From an uncultured delta proteobacterium (GTDB taxonomy: Bacteria > Desulfobacterota > Binatia > Binatales > Binataceae): a stretch of 64,000 bases of DNA. The DNA is taken from positions 864,001 through 928,000 of the forward strand of contig CAWCDG010000004.1 of NCBI GenBank assembly GCA_963794325.1. Direction: 5' to 3'. Below the pieces are notes generated by a model. It was given only the letters and a program-made list of their open reading frames with translations. It searched no databases and was not told the origin of the DNA. The stretch's first letter is position 1, and each line of letters begins with the position of its first letter. Of the stretch, positions 1 to 9,902 are shown piece by piece. The position numbers were made by a program, and so were the translations under genes.

Positions 1-1982
1 GAAAAGAACGTGCGAATTTCCGGCATGCGCGCGGGCAAGGTCGCTTTGAGTTTCGCGACGTAGTCCCAGGTCGAGACGCGATGATCGGGTTTGAGTGCGA
101 CCATCACGAAGCCCGAGTCACTTGCAGCGTTCGACGAATAGATCGACGAAAATCCCGGCGCCAATCCCAGGTTAGAAACTATGGTCGAGAGGTCAGCAGC
201 CGGTATCACTTCTCGAATCGTGTCTTCCAGCCGTTCGGCGAGTTGTTCGGTGAGTTCGATGCGCGTTCCGAGCGGCGCGCGGAACTGGATGACGAATTGG
301 CCTGCATCCGTCCTGGGAAACAGCTCGGTCCCGAGCAGGGGAAATGCGGCCATACTAACCACGAAGAGAATCGTCGCAGCCGCGACCACAACGCCTTTGT
401 GATTTAGCACTCGATCGAGCAGATGCTCGTAACGCTCCGCGAAGCGGTCGTAGCTGCGGATGAACGCGGCGAGAAAACCGCGGCCGCTGCCTTCTTCCGC
501 TTGCCGCGCCGACTCCGCCGTCAGAAAATGCGCGCAGAAGACCGGGATCACAGTCATAGCGACGATGTACGACGCCAGCATCGAGAGGACCACTGCCAGC
601 GACAGCGCGCTGAACAGCGACTTCGCTACGCCGAACAGGAACATCACGGGCGAGAACACGATGATAGTCGTGATCGTCGAGGCGAGGACCGCCAGCGCGA
701 CTTCGTTGGCGCCGTCGCGCGCCGCGTCGGGGGGCGCCTTGCCCTCGGCCAGATGGCGGTTGATGTTTTCGAGCACGACCGTCGAGTCGTCCACCAGGCG
801 GCCGATTGCGAGTGCGAAGCCGCCCAGCGTCATCACGTTGATAGTTGAACCCATCATGTGCAGGCCGAACGCGCCGGCAAGAATCGAAAGCGGTATCGAC
901 AGAAAGATTGCGACCGTCGAGCGGAAGCTGCCGAGGAAAATCAGGATCATCAGCGACGCGAGCACGGCGCCCGAGGCCGCTTCATGCTCGAGGCTTTCGA
1001 TCGCCGCGCGCACATAAGAATCCTGCCCGAAGATCGATTCGATCTTCATGCCGGCGGGCAGGCCTGCGATTTTCTTGATCGCATTGCCGACGCCGTCAAC
1101 GACCGCGATCGTGTTGGCGTTGCCCTGTTTCATCACGGGGATGTAGACCGAGCGCTGGCCGTTGATGCGCACAATGTTCTGCTGAATCTGCGCCGAGTCC
1201 TCGACGTGGCCGACGTCGCCCAGCAGCACGGGTTCCTGACCGGGTCCGACCTTAACCGGCACCTGGTTAATCGCGGCCGGGTCGTCGAGCATGCTGTTGC
1301 TGTAAACGAAGTAGTCGGTCGGACCGATCTTCGCGTCGCCGGCCGGAATGATCAGGTTACTGTCGTCGAGTGAATGGACGACGTCCATCAATGTGAGGCC
1401 GCGCGCCTGCAGAGCATCGCGATTGACGTAGGCCATGATCTGCCGATACTTGCCGCCAAACGGCGGAGGCACCGAAGTGCCGGACACGGTCGCGATCCAG
1501 TTGCGGATGTTGTACTGCGCCTGGTCGCGGAGCTGCGCCTCGGTGAACCCAGTGCCTGCGACAGTCACGAGCGTTACCGGCAGCGACGATGCGCCAGATT
1601 TCAGGATGAGTGGCGGCAGCGTGCCGGGCGGCAGATGGCGCAAATCGGCCATCGCGAGGTTGCCGAGCGTGGCAGTCGCGGCGCTCAGATCAACGCCCGG
1701 CTGGAAGAAGACTTTGATGATGCTGACGCCGGGCAGCGAGCGCGACTCCATGTGATCGATGTCGCTGCCGAGCGTGAAGAAGCGCTCGAAGCGGGTCGTG
1801 ATGTCGGCCTCGATATCCAGCGGCGGCATCCCAGGATAAAAGGTTGCGACGACCGCGACCGGGATATCGAGATTGGGAAAGACGTCGACGGGCATACTGA
1901 GAAATGCCGCGACTCCCAAGATTACCGTGAGCAGCGCGCCCACGATCACGGTGTGCGGATTGCGAAGTGAGAAACCAGGCAC
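1..1982 (-). CDS. Efflux RND transporter permease (AcrB/CusA family), 3' end outside window
   Basis: Read manually. GTG at 1982 after a GGGAG SD gives MPGFSLRNPHTVIVGALL...PVDVFPNL...; later GGFALAIGRLVDDSTVVLENI, the RND TM4 motif. Absent from the ORF track because it runs off the edge. Confidence 0.9.
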   Translation of the reverse strand, partial: MPGFSLRNPHTVIVGALLTVILGVAAFLSMPVDVFPNLDIPVAVVATFYPGMPPLDIEADITTRFERFFTLGSDIDHMESRSLPGVSIIKVFFQPGVDLSAATATLGNLAMADLRHLPPGTLPPLILKSGASSLPVTLVTVAGTGFTEAQLRDQAQYNIRNWIATVSGTSVPPPFGGKYRQIMAYVNRDALQARGLTLMDVVHSLDDSNLIIPAGDAKIGPTDYFVYSNSMLDDPAAINQVPVKVGPGQEPVLLGDVGHVEDSAQIQQNIVRINGQRSVYIPVMKQGNANTIAVVDGVGNAIKKIAGLPAGMKIESIFGQDSYVRAAIESLEHEAASGAVLASLMILIFLGSFRSTVAIFLSIPLSILAGAFGLHMMGSTINVMTLGGFALAIGRLVDDSTVVLENINRHLAEGKAPPDAARDGANEVALAVLASTITTIIVFSPVMFLFGVAKSLFSALSLAVVLSMLASYIVAMTVIPVFCAHFLTAESARQAEEGSGRGFLAAFIRSYDRFAERYEHLLDRVLNHKGVVVAAATILFVVSMAAFPLLGTELFPRTDAGQFVIQFRAPLGTRIELTEQLAERLEDTIREVIPAADLSTIVSNLGLAPGFSSIYSSNAASDSGFVMVALKPDHRVSTWDYVAKLKATLPARMPEIRTFF

Positions 1983-2093
1983 GATACAAACTCCCAATCC
2001 CCGGCTTATCAGAGCCGATGGATTTCAAACTTGACCACAACCGCCCGCTGAAAACTTGCTCGCGTGCTAGCGAATCACGAGTCTGAAGTTTGC

Positions 2094-2444
2094 TTAGAGC
2101 GGGTCCTGGCTTTTCGAGCGCGAGGGGAACAGTTTGTAGCGTCTCGCTACTTGTCTTACGAAAGGTCTCCTGAATCCGAAATTCAGTGACGGTTTGACGG
2201 CCTGATCGTCCGCTACAAGCTTCAGATCCTGCACCAGTGGAATGCCATTCACCTCATAGCCGGCCTTGAGATCGGGCGCGCGCGACGAATTATCGGTGAA
2301 CCGCTGCGCCCCGCTGAGAGTTGCGCTCTCGGTCGATCCGCAGGACAGGCGTACGTGCGGGTGCTGTAGGCGAGGCGTGAACGCTACGGCGCTTATCGCG
2401 ACAAGAATCACGGCAACCAGCTGCAAATGTCGGCGATTAAGCAT
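2094..2444 (-). CDS. Small hypothetical protein with N-terminal hydrophobic/signal segment
   Basis: 116 aa ORF; MLNRRHLQLVAVILVAISAVAF looks like a signal or anchor; co-oriented upstream of the RND gene. Confidence 0.45.
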   Translation of the reverse strand: MLNRRHLQLVAVILVAISAVAFTPRLQHPHVRLSCGSTESATLSGAQRFTDNSSRAPDLKAGYEVNGIPLVQDLKLVADDQAVKPSLNFGFRRPFVRQVARRYKLFPSRSKSQDPL

Positions 2445-2565
2445 TGCGCAGCGAATATTTTATCGTACCGAATTTTGAATGCAAGCGGAGCATATTCTCC
2501 GGCCTTCGCGAAGACTCCAGACTTGGCCAACGGCGGTTCATCTCCATCTCTCTCAATGGCGGACT

Positions 2566-2664
2566 TGGATGCTCGAGGCTGCGATCGTGCTCGAGCTTGC
2601 GCGGGGCAAGTTCGTCGAGGCTGCGGTCATCGCGGGTCTGCTGGTGTTCAACGCCGGTCTCAGT
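2566..2664 (+). pseudogene. Fragment of a P-type H+-ATPase (TM1-TM2 region)
   Basis: Translates to WMLEAAIVLELARGKFVEAAVIAGLLVFNAGLS, which matches the WMLEAA...LLxxNA segment of proton-efflux P-type ATPases. No other part of the gene is present. Confidence 0.6.
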
Positions 2665-2688
2665 GACGCTGCCCACGACGGCCCACAA

Positions 2689-3948
2689 CTAGGGCTGCTT
2701 AACTTCCAGCGTTGGATCGCGAACCAGGATCCCTTCCGCATACAGGCTGCGAATCTTATCCGCCGGCATCTTCAATAGCTCGCGCAACACTCGCTCGTTG
2801 TCCTCACCAAGCCGCGCCGATCTCACTTCAGTCTTATCCGGCCACGCCGAGAACTTTACCGGCACTGCCGGAATCGCGACCGTGCCCAGCAAAGGATCCT
2901 CAACCCATCGAACCGTCTTGCGCTCATTGAGATGCGGATGCTTGATAGCTTCATTGACCGTCAGCACGGGCGCGCACGGCACTCGCTCGGCGTCCAACAC
3001 TGCGATCGCGTCATCGCGGCTGGGAAATTTTGAGAGCCAGCTCTCGATAACGTCGCGAAGCTGCTCCTTATTATCCCGGCGTCCACGCGCATCTTTGAAA
3101 CGCGGGTCGCTCGCCAATTCCGGCATCTCTAGCGCGCGCACAAACTGCGGCCATTGATGCGGCGTCGACGTGATCTGAATGTATTGATCATCCCGAAAAT
3201 GAAAAATACCGGTCGTGCCGCCGTCAGGATGGAGCGATCCACTACGCGTAGGACGAAACTTATCCCCGCGCAGCGACACGATCGGCACAGTCTTCTCATG
3301 CATGTGGAAGTAGGTATCCAGTAGCGACGCGTCCAGGTATTGGCCTTCTCCCGTACGCTCGCGATGAAGCAGCGCGAATCCTATCGCCATCGCCGCAGCG
3401 ACGCCCGTCGAAACGTCACCTATCGCCATGGTAGTCAGAGCCGGCGGACCATCAACCTGTCCTATGCCGTCGGTAACCCCGGCATAGGCTTGACCTATAA
3501 AATCGTAGCCCGCTTTGACTGAAAGTGGTCCCGTCTGGCCGGCCATCGAAATCGAACACATAATGATTTTCGGATTGACAGCTTTGACATCCTTATAGGC
3601 GAACCCCAGCCGGTCGATCACCCGCGGCGCGAAGTTCTCGACTACGACATCGACCTGCGGAAGCATCGACATCACGATCTCGCGCGCCCCAGGTTTCTTC
3701 AGGTCAATCGCAAAGCTCAGCTTCGAGTGGTTGTGCTGCAGGTAGTAGGTGCTATGACTTGACCCCTTGTATTCAGGCGCGAGTGACTTGAGCCCGTCAG
3801 CGCGCACCCGATCGCCAAACGGCGCGAGCTCGAGCTTGATAACTTCAGCACCCATCTCACCTAGCAGTCGCGTGCACGTCGGCCCCGCTACGAACTGCGT
3901 GAAATCAAGTACCCGGTAGCCTTCCAGCATTTGCGGCTTGTTCGCCAT
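2689..3948 (-). CDS. CaiB/BaiF (family III) CoA-transferase
   Basis: RVLDFTQFVAGP, GAEVIKLE, DVVVENF, GYD catalytic Asp, GEGQYLDASL, LGEDNE. Confidence 0.93.
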   Translation of the reverse strand: MANKPQMLEGYRVLDFTQFVAGPTCTRLLGEMGAEVIKLELAPFGDRVRADGLKSLAPEYKGSSHSTYYLQHNHSKLSFAIDLKKPGAREIVMSMLPQVDVVVENFAPRVIDRLGFAYKDVKAVNPKIIMCSISMAGQTGPLSVKAGYDFIGQAYAGVTDGIGQVDGPPALTTMAIGDVSTGVAAAMAIGFALLHRERTGEGQYLDASLLDTYFHMHEKTVPIVSLRGDKFRPTRSGSLHPDGGTTGIFHFRDDQYIQITSTPHQWPQFVRALEMPELASDPRFKDARGRRDNKEQLRDVIESWLSKFPSRDDAIAVLDAERVPCAPVLTVNEAIKHPHLNERKTVRWVEDPLLGTVAIPAVPVKFSAWPDKTEVRSARLGEDNERVLRELLKMPADKIRSLYAEGILVRDPTLEVKQP

Positions 3949-4003
3949 GGCTGCGTCCTCTCGTTCAGTCTCTATACCACTTCAACGCCGGGAGGGGTAA
4001 CCG

Positions 4004-4987
4004 TCAGAATCGTAGCAGTTCGCGTGCGTTCGCTCCGAGGATTTTGTTTTCGTCGTCTGACTCGAGGCCAAGCGCTTTCACTTCTTCCACCGGATGCGCC
4101 AGGCCGGCGGGCAAAGGATAGTCGGTCCCTATGACGAATCGCTCCGCGCCATAAGTCTTAATGAGATGACCTAGCATTCCGCGGCTATGCGCGATGATAT
4201 CGAAATAGAACTGATTCATGTAACTGGATGGCGGCCGCGGAATCGCCTTGCGGCATTCGGGTACGATCCGATAGCCCATGTCGAGTCGTCCTACCAAGGC
4301 CGGCAACGCACCGCCGGCATGATACAAAACAATTCGCAGATTCGGATGGCGCTCCATCACGCCTCCATAAATCAATAGCGCGGCGGCCAGGCCGGTATCA
4401 TACAGATTGCCGACCAGGTTGCCGAGAAAGTATCTGGAAAGCGCGCCCGCCGGCGCAGCCTCGAAAGGATGGATACAAACGACCATGCGCAATTCCTCAG
4501 CCGTAGCCCAGAACACCTCGAAATCCGGCTCGTCGAGCTGACGTTCGACGACCTTTGGCGGAATCTCAACTCCACGAAGCCCCAACTTGGCGGCGCGTTC
4601 CAATTCTTTCGCAGCCGCAACTGGATCTTGCATCGGGACGCTCGCCAGTGGCACGAAGTGAGCCGGATCGCCCGCTCCCAGAGCGGCCATCACGTCATTG
4701 TTGACTTGCGCGATCGCGAGTCCGAGAGCGGCATCGACGTCCGGGTACATCAGGAACGGAACGCACGATACCGCTTGCGCATTGACGCCCTCGCGCTCCA
4801 TATCTGCGATCCGCGCTTGCACGTGCGAGATCGGGCCATCGATCGGCCGCATCGCCTTTTCCTGGATCAAAAGAAAACGCCGGCCGTCACGCTCCACGAT
4901 CCTTGTCGCGAAATGCTTACCTTCCCGCGCGAGAAAATCGATTATCTCGGGCGCGATGAAGTGGTTGTGCATGTCGATGACATCCAT
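4004..4987 (-). CDS. Amidohydrolase-2 family protein (ACMSD-like decarboxylase/hydratase)
   Basis: IDMHNH, CIHP, HAGG and GTDYP metal-binding motifs. Confidence 0.9.
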   Translation of the reverse strand: MDVIDMHNHFIAPEIIDFLAREGKHFATRIVERDGRRFLLIQEKAMRPIDGPISHVQARIADMEREGVNAQAVSCVPFLMYPDVDAALGLAIAQVNNDVMAALGAGDPAHFVPLASVPMQDPVAAAKELERAAKLGLRGVEIPPKVVERQLDEPDFEVFWATAEELRMVVCIHPFEAAPAGALSRYFLGNLVGNLYDTGLAAALLIYGGVMERHPNLRIVLYHAGGALPALVGRLDMGYRIVPECRKAIPRPPSSYMNQFYFDIIAHSRGMLGHLIKTYGAERFVIGTDYPLPAGLAHPVEEVKALGLESDDENKILGANARELLRF

Positions 4988-5019
4988 CGCGCCCTCTACT
5001 GTGATCGCTGACCGGCTGG

Positions 5020-5511
5020 TTACAGGATGAAACTGATCTTGCCGTGAGGCCTTAGCGCCTCATTGTCGAGAATAGCCCTTCTCTCCCGAATCTTCAGATC
5101 GTCACCCTTGCGGATCAGCTTGTAGTCGTAGTGACCTATATAGGTATCGACCGACTCGTAGCGCATCCTATGCACCGCAAAGTTGGCGGTCACCAGAATG
5201 CTATCGCCATCGTCGCCGACGACTCGCACGTTGGCTATCATCCGCCGCGTGCGTGATCGCGGATTCTCCGACCACGCCGCCTTACCCAGCAACTGCTTCA
5301 CCCGCGATCTGATTCGCACCGCATCGTCCGCGATGATGAACAAAGTATTCCTCGGGTCTCCCTCAGGAACATCAGTAGGTGGAATCTCATAGACCGCGTC
5401 TTCGGTGAGAAGTTCCAACCACTCTTCCAACCGCCATTCGTCGAGCAGCGCCGCCTCCTTATATAGGAGATCCTCGACTTCCGCGCGGCTCGGCAGGTCG
5501 CTGCTACTCAT
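5020..5511 (-). CDS. Aromatic ring-hydroxylating dioxygenase beta subunit
   Basis: LYKEAALLDEWRLEEWL, ENPRSRTRRMIANV. ATG at 5511 overlaps the alpha-subunit stop (ATGA). Confidence 0.92.
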   Translation of the reverse strand: MSSSDLPSRAEVEDLLYKEAALLDEWRLEEWLELLTEDAVYEIPPTDVPEGDPRNTLFIIADDAVRIRSRVKQLLGKAAWSENPRSRTRRMIANVRVVGDDGDSILVTANFAVHRMRYESVDTYIGHYDYKLIRKGDDLKIRERRAILDNEALRPHGKISFIL

Positions 5512-6800
5512 GCCGCTTTCCTCGCCCGTTTTAGCTGAGGTTCTGTCATGAGTTGATTCCATCGCCGCCAGAATGCGCGCATCTGCAACTCGTCCGTGAT
5601 CGACGGATGCTCGCGCTTCATCCCGCGCGAGATATCCGACCAACCTACCTCGCGATTCGCAAAGCCGCGTTGACACGACTCGAGCATCTCGACGTCGTCC
5701 GGCGTCGCGAATCCTCCCGGCCCCAGGAAGGTCAGAAAGTTGTCGAGCCGCAGCGCCGAGTCCTCAGCGCTCTCGTCCGCCGGCGCCAGCGCCCACGCAT
5801 TTACCTCCATGTAGTCAGGCGAAACCGGATAGAACGTGCGCACCGTGATAGCCATGATGTCGTTGATCACGAGATTCGGGAAAATCCCCAGGTTGCGGCT
5901 GGTCTCGCAGATTCGCCGCGCTCGCTCTGCTCCGAAACGCGCCTCGAAGCGGCGCCGAACGTCCTCGAAATGCTGTTTGCGATGCTCGCCGAACGGCGCG
6001 ACCCAGTGCGCGATAGGCCGCCCCCAGGCACTTTGGTACTCGACCACCGCATGACCGTTCCCGAGATCGACCGCCTTCTGATGGGAAGGAGTCGAAACAT
6101 CGCGGCCCTTCATATCGATACCTATATCACTCAGGAAGCTGAAGTACCGCTGATGCGTCGGCAGGCCGTGATAGCCATCATAGCTGTTCTCGACCAGCAG
6201 CTTCCAATTGGCCCGCGCGCAATAGGACTGTTGGCCTGAAACGATCTTCATACCTAGCTCGGACTGATCTGCCACCAGGTCAAGGTACTCGCGCGCCCCC
6301 GCGAGATAATCATAAAGGCTATCCGCGGCGCGATCGAAGCACGCGAATATAAAACCGCGATAGCTATCCACCTGGGGCGGGGACACCAAAGCCATATCCT
6401 CGCGCTTGAAAGCCTCGCTATAGGACTCCTCGCCCGGCACTCCTACCAGCTGACCGCGCGAGTTAAAAGTCCATGCGTGATAGGGACACTGAAAAGTCTT
6501 GGCGTTGCCGAATTTCTGGCGGCATACCAGGGATCCGCGATGGGTACAGGTATTCAGTAGCACGCGCACGACGCTATCGTCGCCGCGCACCAGGATCATC
6601 GGACGCCCCGCGACGCTGCGAGACCTATAGTCGCCCGCGTGCGACACCTCCGACTCATGACCCACATAGATCCAGCACTTATCGAAGACTCGCCTCCTCT
6701 CATCGGCAAGGCACTCCGGATCGGTAAACGCCCGCCGATTTACCCGAAACAGTCCCGCATCCTGATCATCTATGACATAGCTCTCGGCGGATTTATCCAT
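5508..6800 (-). CDS. Rieske ring-hydroxylating dioxygenase alpha subunit (benzoate/p-cumate-like group)
   Basis: Rieske CTHRG...CPYH; mononuclear Fe ligands in ENSYDGYHGLPTH and PDDVEM. Confidence 0.95.
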   Translation of the reverse strand: MDKSAESYVIDDQDAGLFRVNRRAFTDPECLADERRRVFDKCWIYVGHESEVSHAGDYRSRSVAGRPMILVRGDDSVVRVLLNTCTHRGSLVCRQKFGNAKTFQCPYHAWTFNSRGQLVGVPGEESYSEAFKREDMALVSPPQVDSYRGFIFACFDRAADSLYDYLAGAREYLDLVADQSELGMKIVSGQQSYCARANWKLLVENSYDGYHGLPTHQRYFSFLSDIGIDMKGRDVSTPSHQKAVDLGNGHAVVEYQSAWGRPIAHWVAPFGEHRKQHFEDVRRRFEARFGAERARRICETSRNLGIFPNLVINDIMAITVRTFYPVSPDYMEVNAWALAPADESAEDSALRLDNFLTFLGPGGFATPDDVEMLESCQRGFANREVGWSDISRGMKREHPSITDELQMRAFWRRWNQLMTEPQLKRARKAA

Positions 6801-6826
6801 GCTTCTTCTCCCTAACTACCATGCTT

Positions 6827-7642
6827 CTAAGACTTACCGTCCGGATTCCACGCCCAGTAACGTGCAATCGCCCCCGCATCGACCCGCAGATCAGTTCCCG
6901 TAATCATGCCCGCGTCATCCGACGCGAGAAAAACCGCAGCCCTTCCATAGTCGCTCGGACTCGGCAGTTTCTGCATCGGCACGCCTTTTCGAAACACCTC
7001 GAAAGCATTCTTAATCTGATCGCCACTGCGCACCTGACGCCCCCATCGGACTGCACGCTCCAACGACTCCGACGGATCTGTCGCCGTCGGCGTCAGACTG
7101 TTGACGCGGATCCCGTGCGCCACCAGTTCCATCGCCGCCGATCGCGTGAAGTTCAACAGCCCAGCCTTGCCCGTACAGTACGCGATATTGTTCGGCTCGC
7201 CCTGATGCCCCGCGGTCGAAATAATATTGATGATCGCGCCCTTGCGTCCCAGCTCGATCATCGATTTCGCGACGTGCTTGGTGAACAGGAACGTCCCATC
7301 CAGTATGATCGCCAGTTGTTTTCGCCATTCGTCGATCGGCATCTCCACCACGCCCTTCTTATTGAAAATGACCGCGTTGTTCACCAGGATATCGACGCCG
7401 CCGAAATGCTCGCGCGCCGCCGCGACCGCACCAATCACCTGGCTCTCTTCGGTAACGTCGCACGTGACCGCGCTCGCGCGTCCCCCCGTGCTGTTGATGT
7501 AACGCGCGCAGTCCGCCGCATTTTCCGCGCGCGCATCGACGCATACGATCGCCGCGCCCTCGGCCGCGAGACCTTCTGCGATACCGCCGCCGATATTCGC
7601 GCTGGTCCCGGTGACCAGCGCCACTTTTCCACTTAGCTTCAT
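6827..7642 (-). CDS. SDR oxidoreductase (candidate cis-dihydrodiol dehydrogenase)
   Basis: TGTSANIG, NNA, YCTGK (YxxxK), GIRVNSL. Confidence 0.9.
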   Translation of the reverse strand: MKLSGKVALVTGTSANIGGGIAEGLAAEGAAIVCVDARAENAADCARYINSTGGRASAVTCDVTEESQVIGAVAAAREHFGGVDILVNNAVIFNKKGVVEMPIDEWRKQLAIILDGTFLFTKHVAKSMIELGRKGAIINIISTAGHQGEPNNIAYCTGKAGLLNFTRSAAMELVAHGIRVNSLTPTATDPSESLERAVRWGRQVRSGDQIKNAFEVFRKGVPMQKLPSPSDYGRAAVFLASDDAGMITGTDLRVDAGAIARYWAWNPDGKS

Positions 7643-7646
7643 CTGC

Positions 7647-8696
7647 TTAGCGCGGCGGCGGCGCCGTCAGGAAACATTTCGACGAATTGAAAATCCACGT
7701 ATCGATGAATTCCGTCTCGGCAGGCTTGCGTTTCAATTCGGACAGCGCGCCCGCGAGGCACATCCAGTTGAGAATTTCCTGCTGTCCGCTCGCCTCGACC
7801 GACGCCGCCGGATAATTCCGCCACGCGTCGAAGTTGCCGGCCCGCAACGCCTCGAACAGCGCGCGATCCGCTGGCGTATCGGGATAGAGAAAATTGTTTT
7901 TCGCGGTCAGAAACGCATGCGACCATCCCGACGACGCCATCAGCGCGACCCGCCACGGACTGTTCGCAAAAATTCTCGCGGTCGCAGCGCCGAGATCGAA
8001 TAATCGGCGCGGCGTTGGCGCCGGCGGATCGAGCTGCGCTTCCGACGGCGGATTTTCGAACGCCGGCAGACCGCCGCGCTGCGCGATCACCCTGCGGCCG
8101 TAGCAGTTTATCGCGAACGGAATAATCGGATAGGGAAACCCTTTCCGATCGTAATCGAGATACAGCACCGCGTTCGCGAACGCATGACCCAGCGGATGAT
8201 GCAGCGGCTTGTACGAATAAGCCGTATCGAAACCGGCCTCGATCAAACCGCCCGCGAGATATTTCGCCGCCGCGACGTTGCCTGCCGCGTGAAATTTCTT
8301 GTCAGGCTGCTCTTTCCACACGTTGCGCGCCGGCGGCGCGAACTCGAACGATTCGTGCGCGTAGATGCAGTACGGCGGAATCACATCCTCGCGGAAATTT
8401 TCATATTGATCGTCGCCCCACATCACGATGAAGTCGGGACGAAACTCGTCGATTTGCGCGCGCGCCTTCCGCAGCGATCGCAGCAGCGTCTCGCGATGTA
8501 TATGCGCTGCGCTGGCGCCCTCGTCGTTGCCCCATTCCGCGCGCATCGCTTCCGGCCAGCTCTGCTCACTGCGAAATTTTTCCGGAAGATGCGGGTTCTG
8601 CAGCATCCGCTTCAGGATCCACGCCATCGTTTCATCGCTGCCGGCCAGAGGCGGGTAGTGAGTTATTCCAACTGCGAGAATCTCACCCATTTGCAT
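7647..8696 (-). CDS. Extradiol ring-cleavage dioxygenase, LigB/MhpB-like (class III)
   Basis: GITHYPP, WGDDQYENF, LGHAF and SSGWSH motifs; sits in an aromatic cluster. Confidence 0.8.
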   Translation of the reverse strand: MQMGEILAVGITHYPPLAGSDETMAWILKRMLQNPHLPEKFRSEQSWPEAMRAEWGNDEGASAAHIHRETLLRSLRKARAQIDEFRPDFIVMWGDDQYENFREDVIPPYCIYAHESFEFAPPARNVWKEQPDKKFHAAGNVAAAKYLAGGLIEAGFDTAYSYKPLHHPLGHAFANAVLYLDYDRKGFPYPIIPFAINCYGRRVIAQRGGLPAFENPPSEAQLDPPAPTPRRLFDLGAATARIFANSPWRVALMASSGWSHAFLTAKNNFLYPDTPADRALFEALRAGNFDAWRNYPAASVEASGQQEILNWMCLAGALSELKRKPAETEFIDTWIFNSSKCFLTAPPPR

Positions 8697-8714
8697 TTCC
8701 TCCGCCGGCTCGCG

Positions 8715-9902
8715 TCAGGCCCGGCTGGTAGCGTCGTGCAGGATCTGTTTCTCGTATAGCGCGGCAATCCGATCCGCGGAATACCCCAGCACGCTCGACA
8801 GCACCGCCGCGTTGTCTCCGCCGAGCGCCGGCACATAGTTGCGCGCCTTGGCCGTCGCATTGCCAAACTTGAACGCGGGATTCGGCACCTTGACCGGGCC
8901 CGCGCCGTCGTCGATCACTTCGAAGCTGCCACGCTCCGCAAGATGCGGATGCGCCAGCGCTTCCCGCACCGTGTAATACCGCGAGCACGGCACACTGCCC
9001 TCGGTCAGAATCGCCTCGCACTCTTCCATCGTCCGCGTCGACGCCCACTCATCCAGCTTCGACATGAACCATTTCCAATTCGCAGCCCTGCCTTTCGCCG
9101 TCGCGAAGCGGGAATCCTCCAGCCATTCGGGATGTCCGACCGCGCGCGCCAGCGCCTCGTAATTATTCGGCTTCACCGCCGCAATCATTATGAATCCGTC
9201 CTTGGCGCGCGTCGGCTGAAAAGTATTGGTCCGCCTCATCGGCGGTAGCTGCGCTTCCTGGAATTCATAGATCAGCATTCCGAGCAGCCCGTCCATCATC
9301 GCCAGATCGATCCAGTCGCCGCGCCCCGTCCGCTCGCGCGCGAGCAGCGCCGACTGAATCGCGCCGAATGCATACGTCCCGCCCAGCACGTCGCCCACAT
9401 AGATTCCGGTATTGAGCGGCCGCTCGAGCCCCTCCTGATACGCGAGATTGACCAGGTCAAAACCGCTCGCCGCGTGCAGCATCGGCGCGTATGCGCTGCG
9501 CGTCGCCCACGGCCCGCTTTGCCCGAAGCCCGAAATCGAACAGTACACGATTCGCGGATTCAGCCGTTCGAGCGTCGCATAGTCGAGCCCCAGCCGCTTC
9601 ATCACGCCCGGCCGCGAATTTTCGACGACCACGTCAGACTTCGCCGCCAGCTCGCGAATCAGCTCGCCCGCTCCCGGTTTGCGCAGATCGATCGCGAGAC
9701 TTTTCTTGCCGCAATTCAGATGCGCAAAGTACGCGCTCTTGCCCGCGCGAATCGGCGGTTGCGATCGAATGAAATCACCCTCGGGCGGTTCAATCTTGAT
9801 GACCTCGGCGCCGAGGTCCGCGAGCAGCCGCGTGCAATACGGCCCCGACACGATCGTCGTGAAGTCGAGCACCCGCACTCCGCTCAGGATCTCGTTCTTC
9901 AA
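8715..9902 (-). CDS. CaiB/BaiF CoA-transferase family protein (second copy)
   Basis: TTG start overlaps the GntR stop; RVLDFTTIVSGP, GAEVIKIE, DVVVENSRPG. Confidence 0.9.
   Translation of the reverse strand: MKNEILSGVRVLDFTTIVSGPYCTRLLADLGAEVIKIEPPEGDFIRSQPPIRAGKSAYFAHLNCGKKSLAIDLRKPGAGELIRELAAKSDVVVENSRPGVMKRLGLDYATLERLNPRIVYCSISGFGQSGPWATRSAYAPMLHAASGFDLVNLAYQEGLERPLNTGIYVGDVLGGTYAFGAIQSALLARERTGRGDWIDLAMMDGLLGMLIYEFQEAQLPPMRRTNTFQPTRAKDGFIMIAAVKPNNYEALARAVGHPEWLEDSRFATAKGRAANWKWFMSKLDEWASTRTMEECEAILTEGSVPCSRYYTVREALAHPHLAERGSFEVIDDGAGPVKVPNPAFKFGNATAKARNYVPALGGDNAAVLSSVLGYSADRIAALYEKQILHDATSRA

Noticed and set aside
81-1970. Several long + strand ORFs
   Set aside because: Antisense shadows of the minus-strand RND permease, which the ORF track missed because it runs off the edge.
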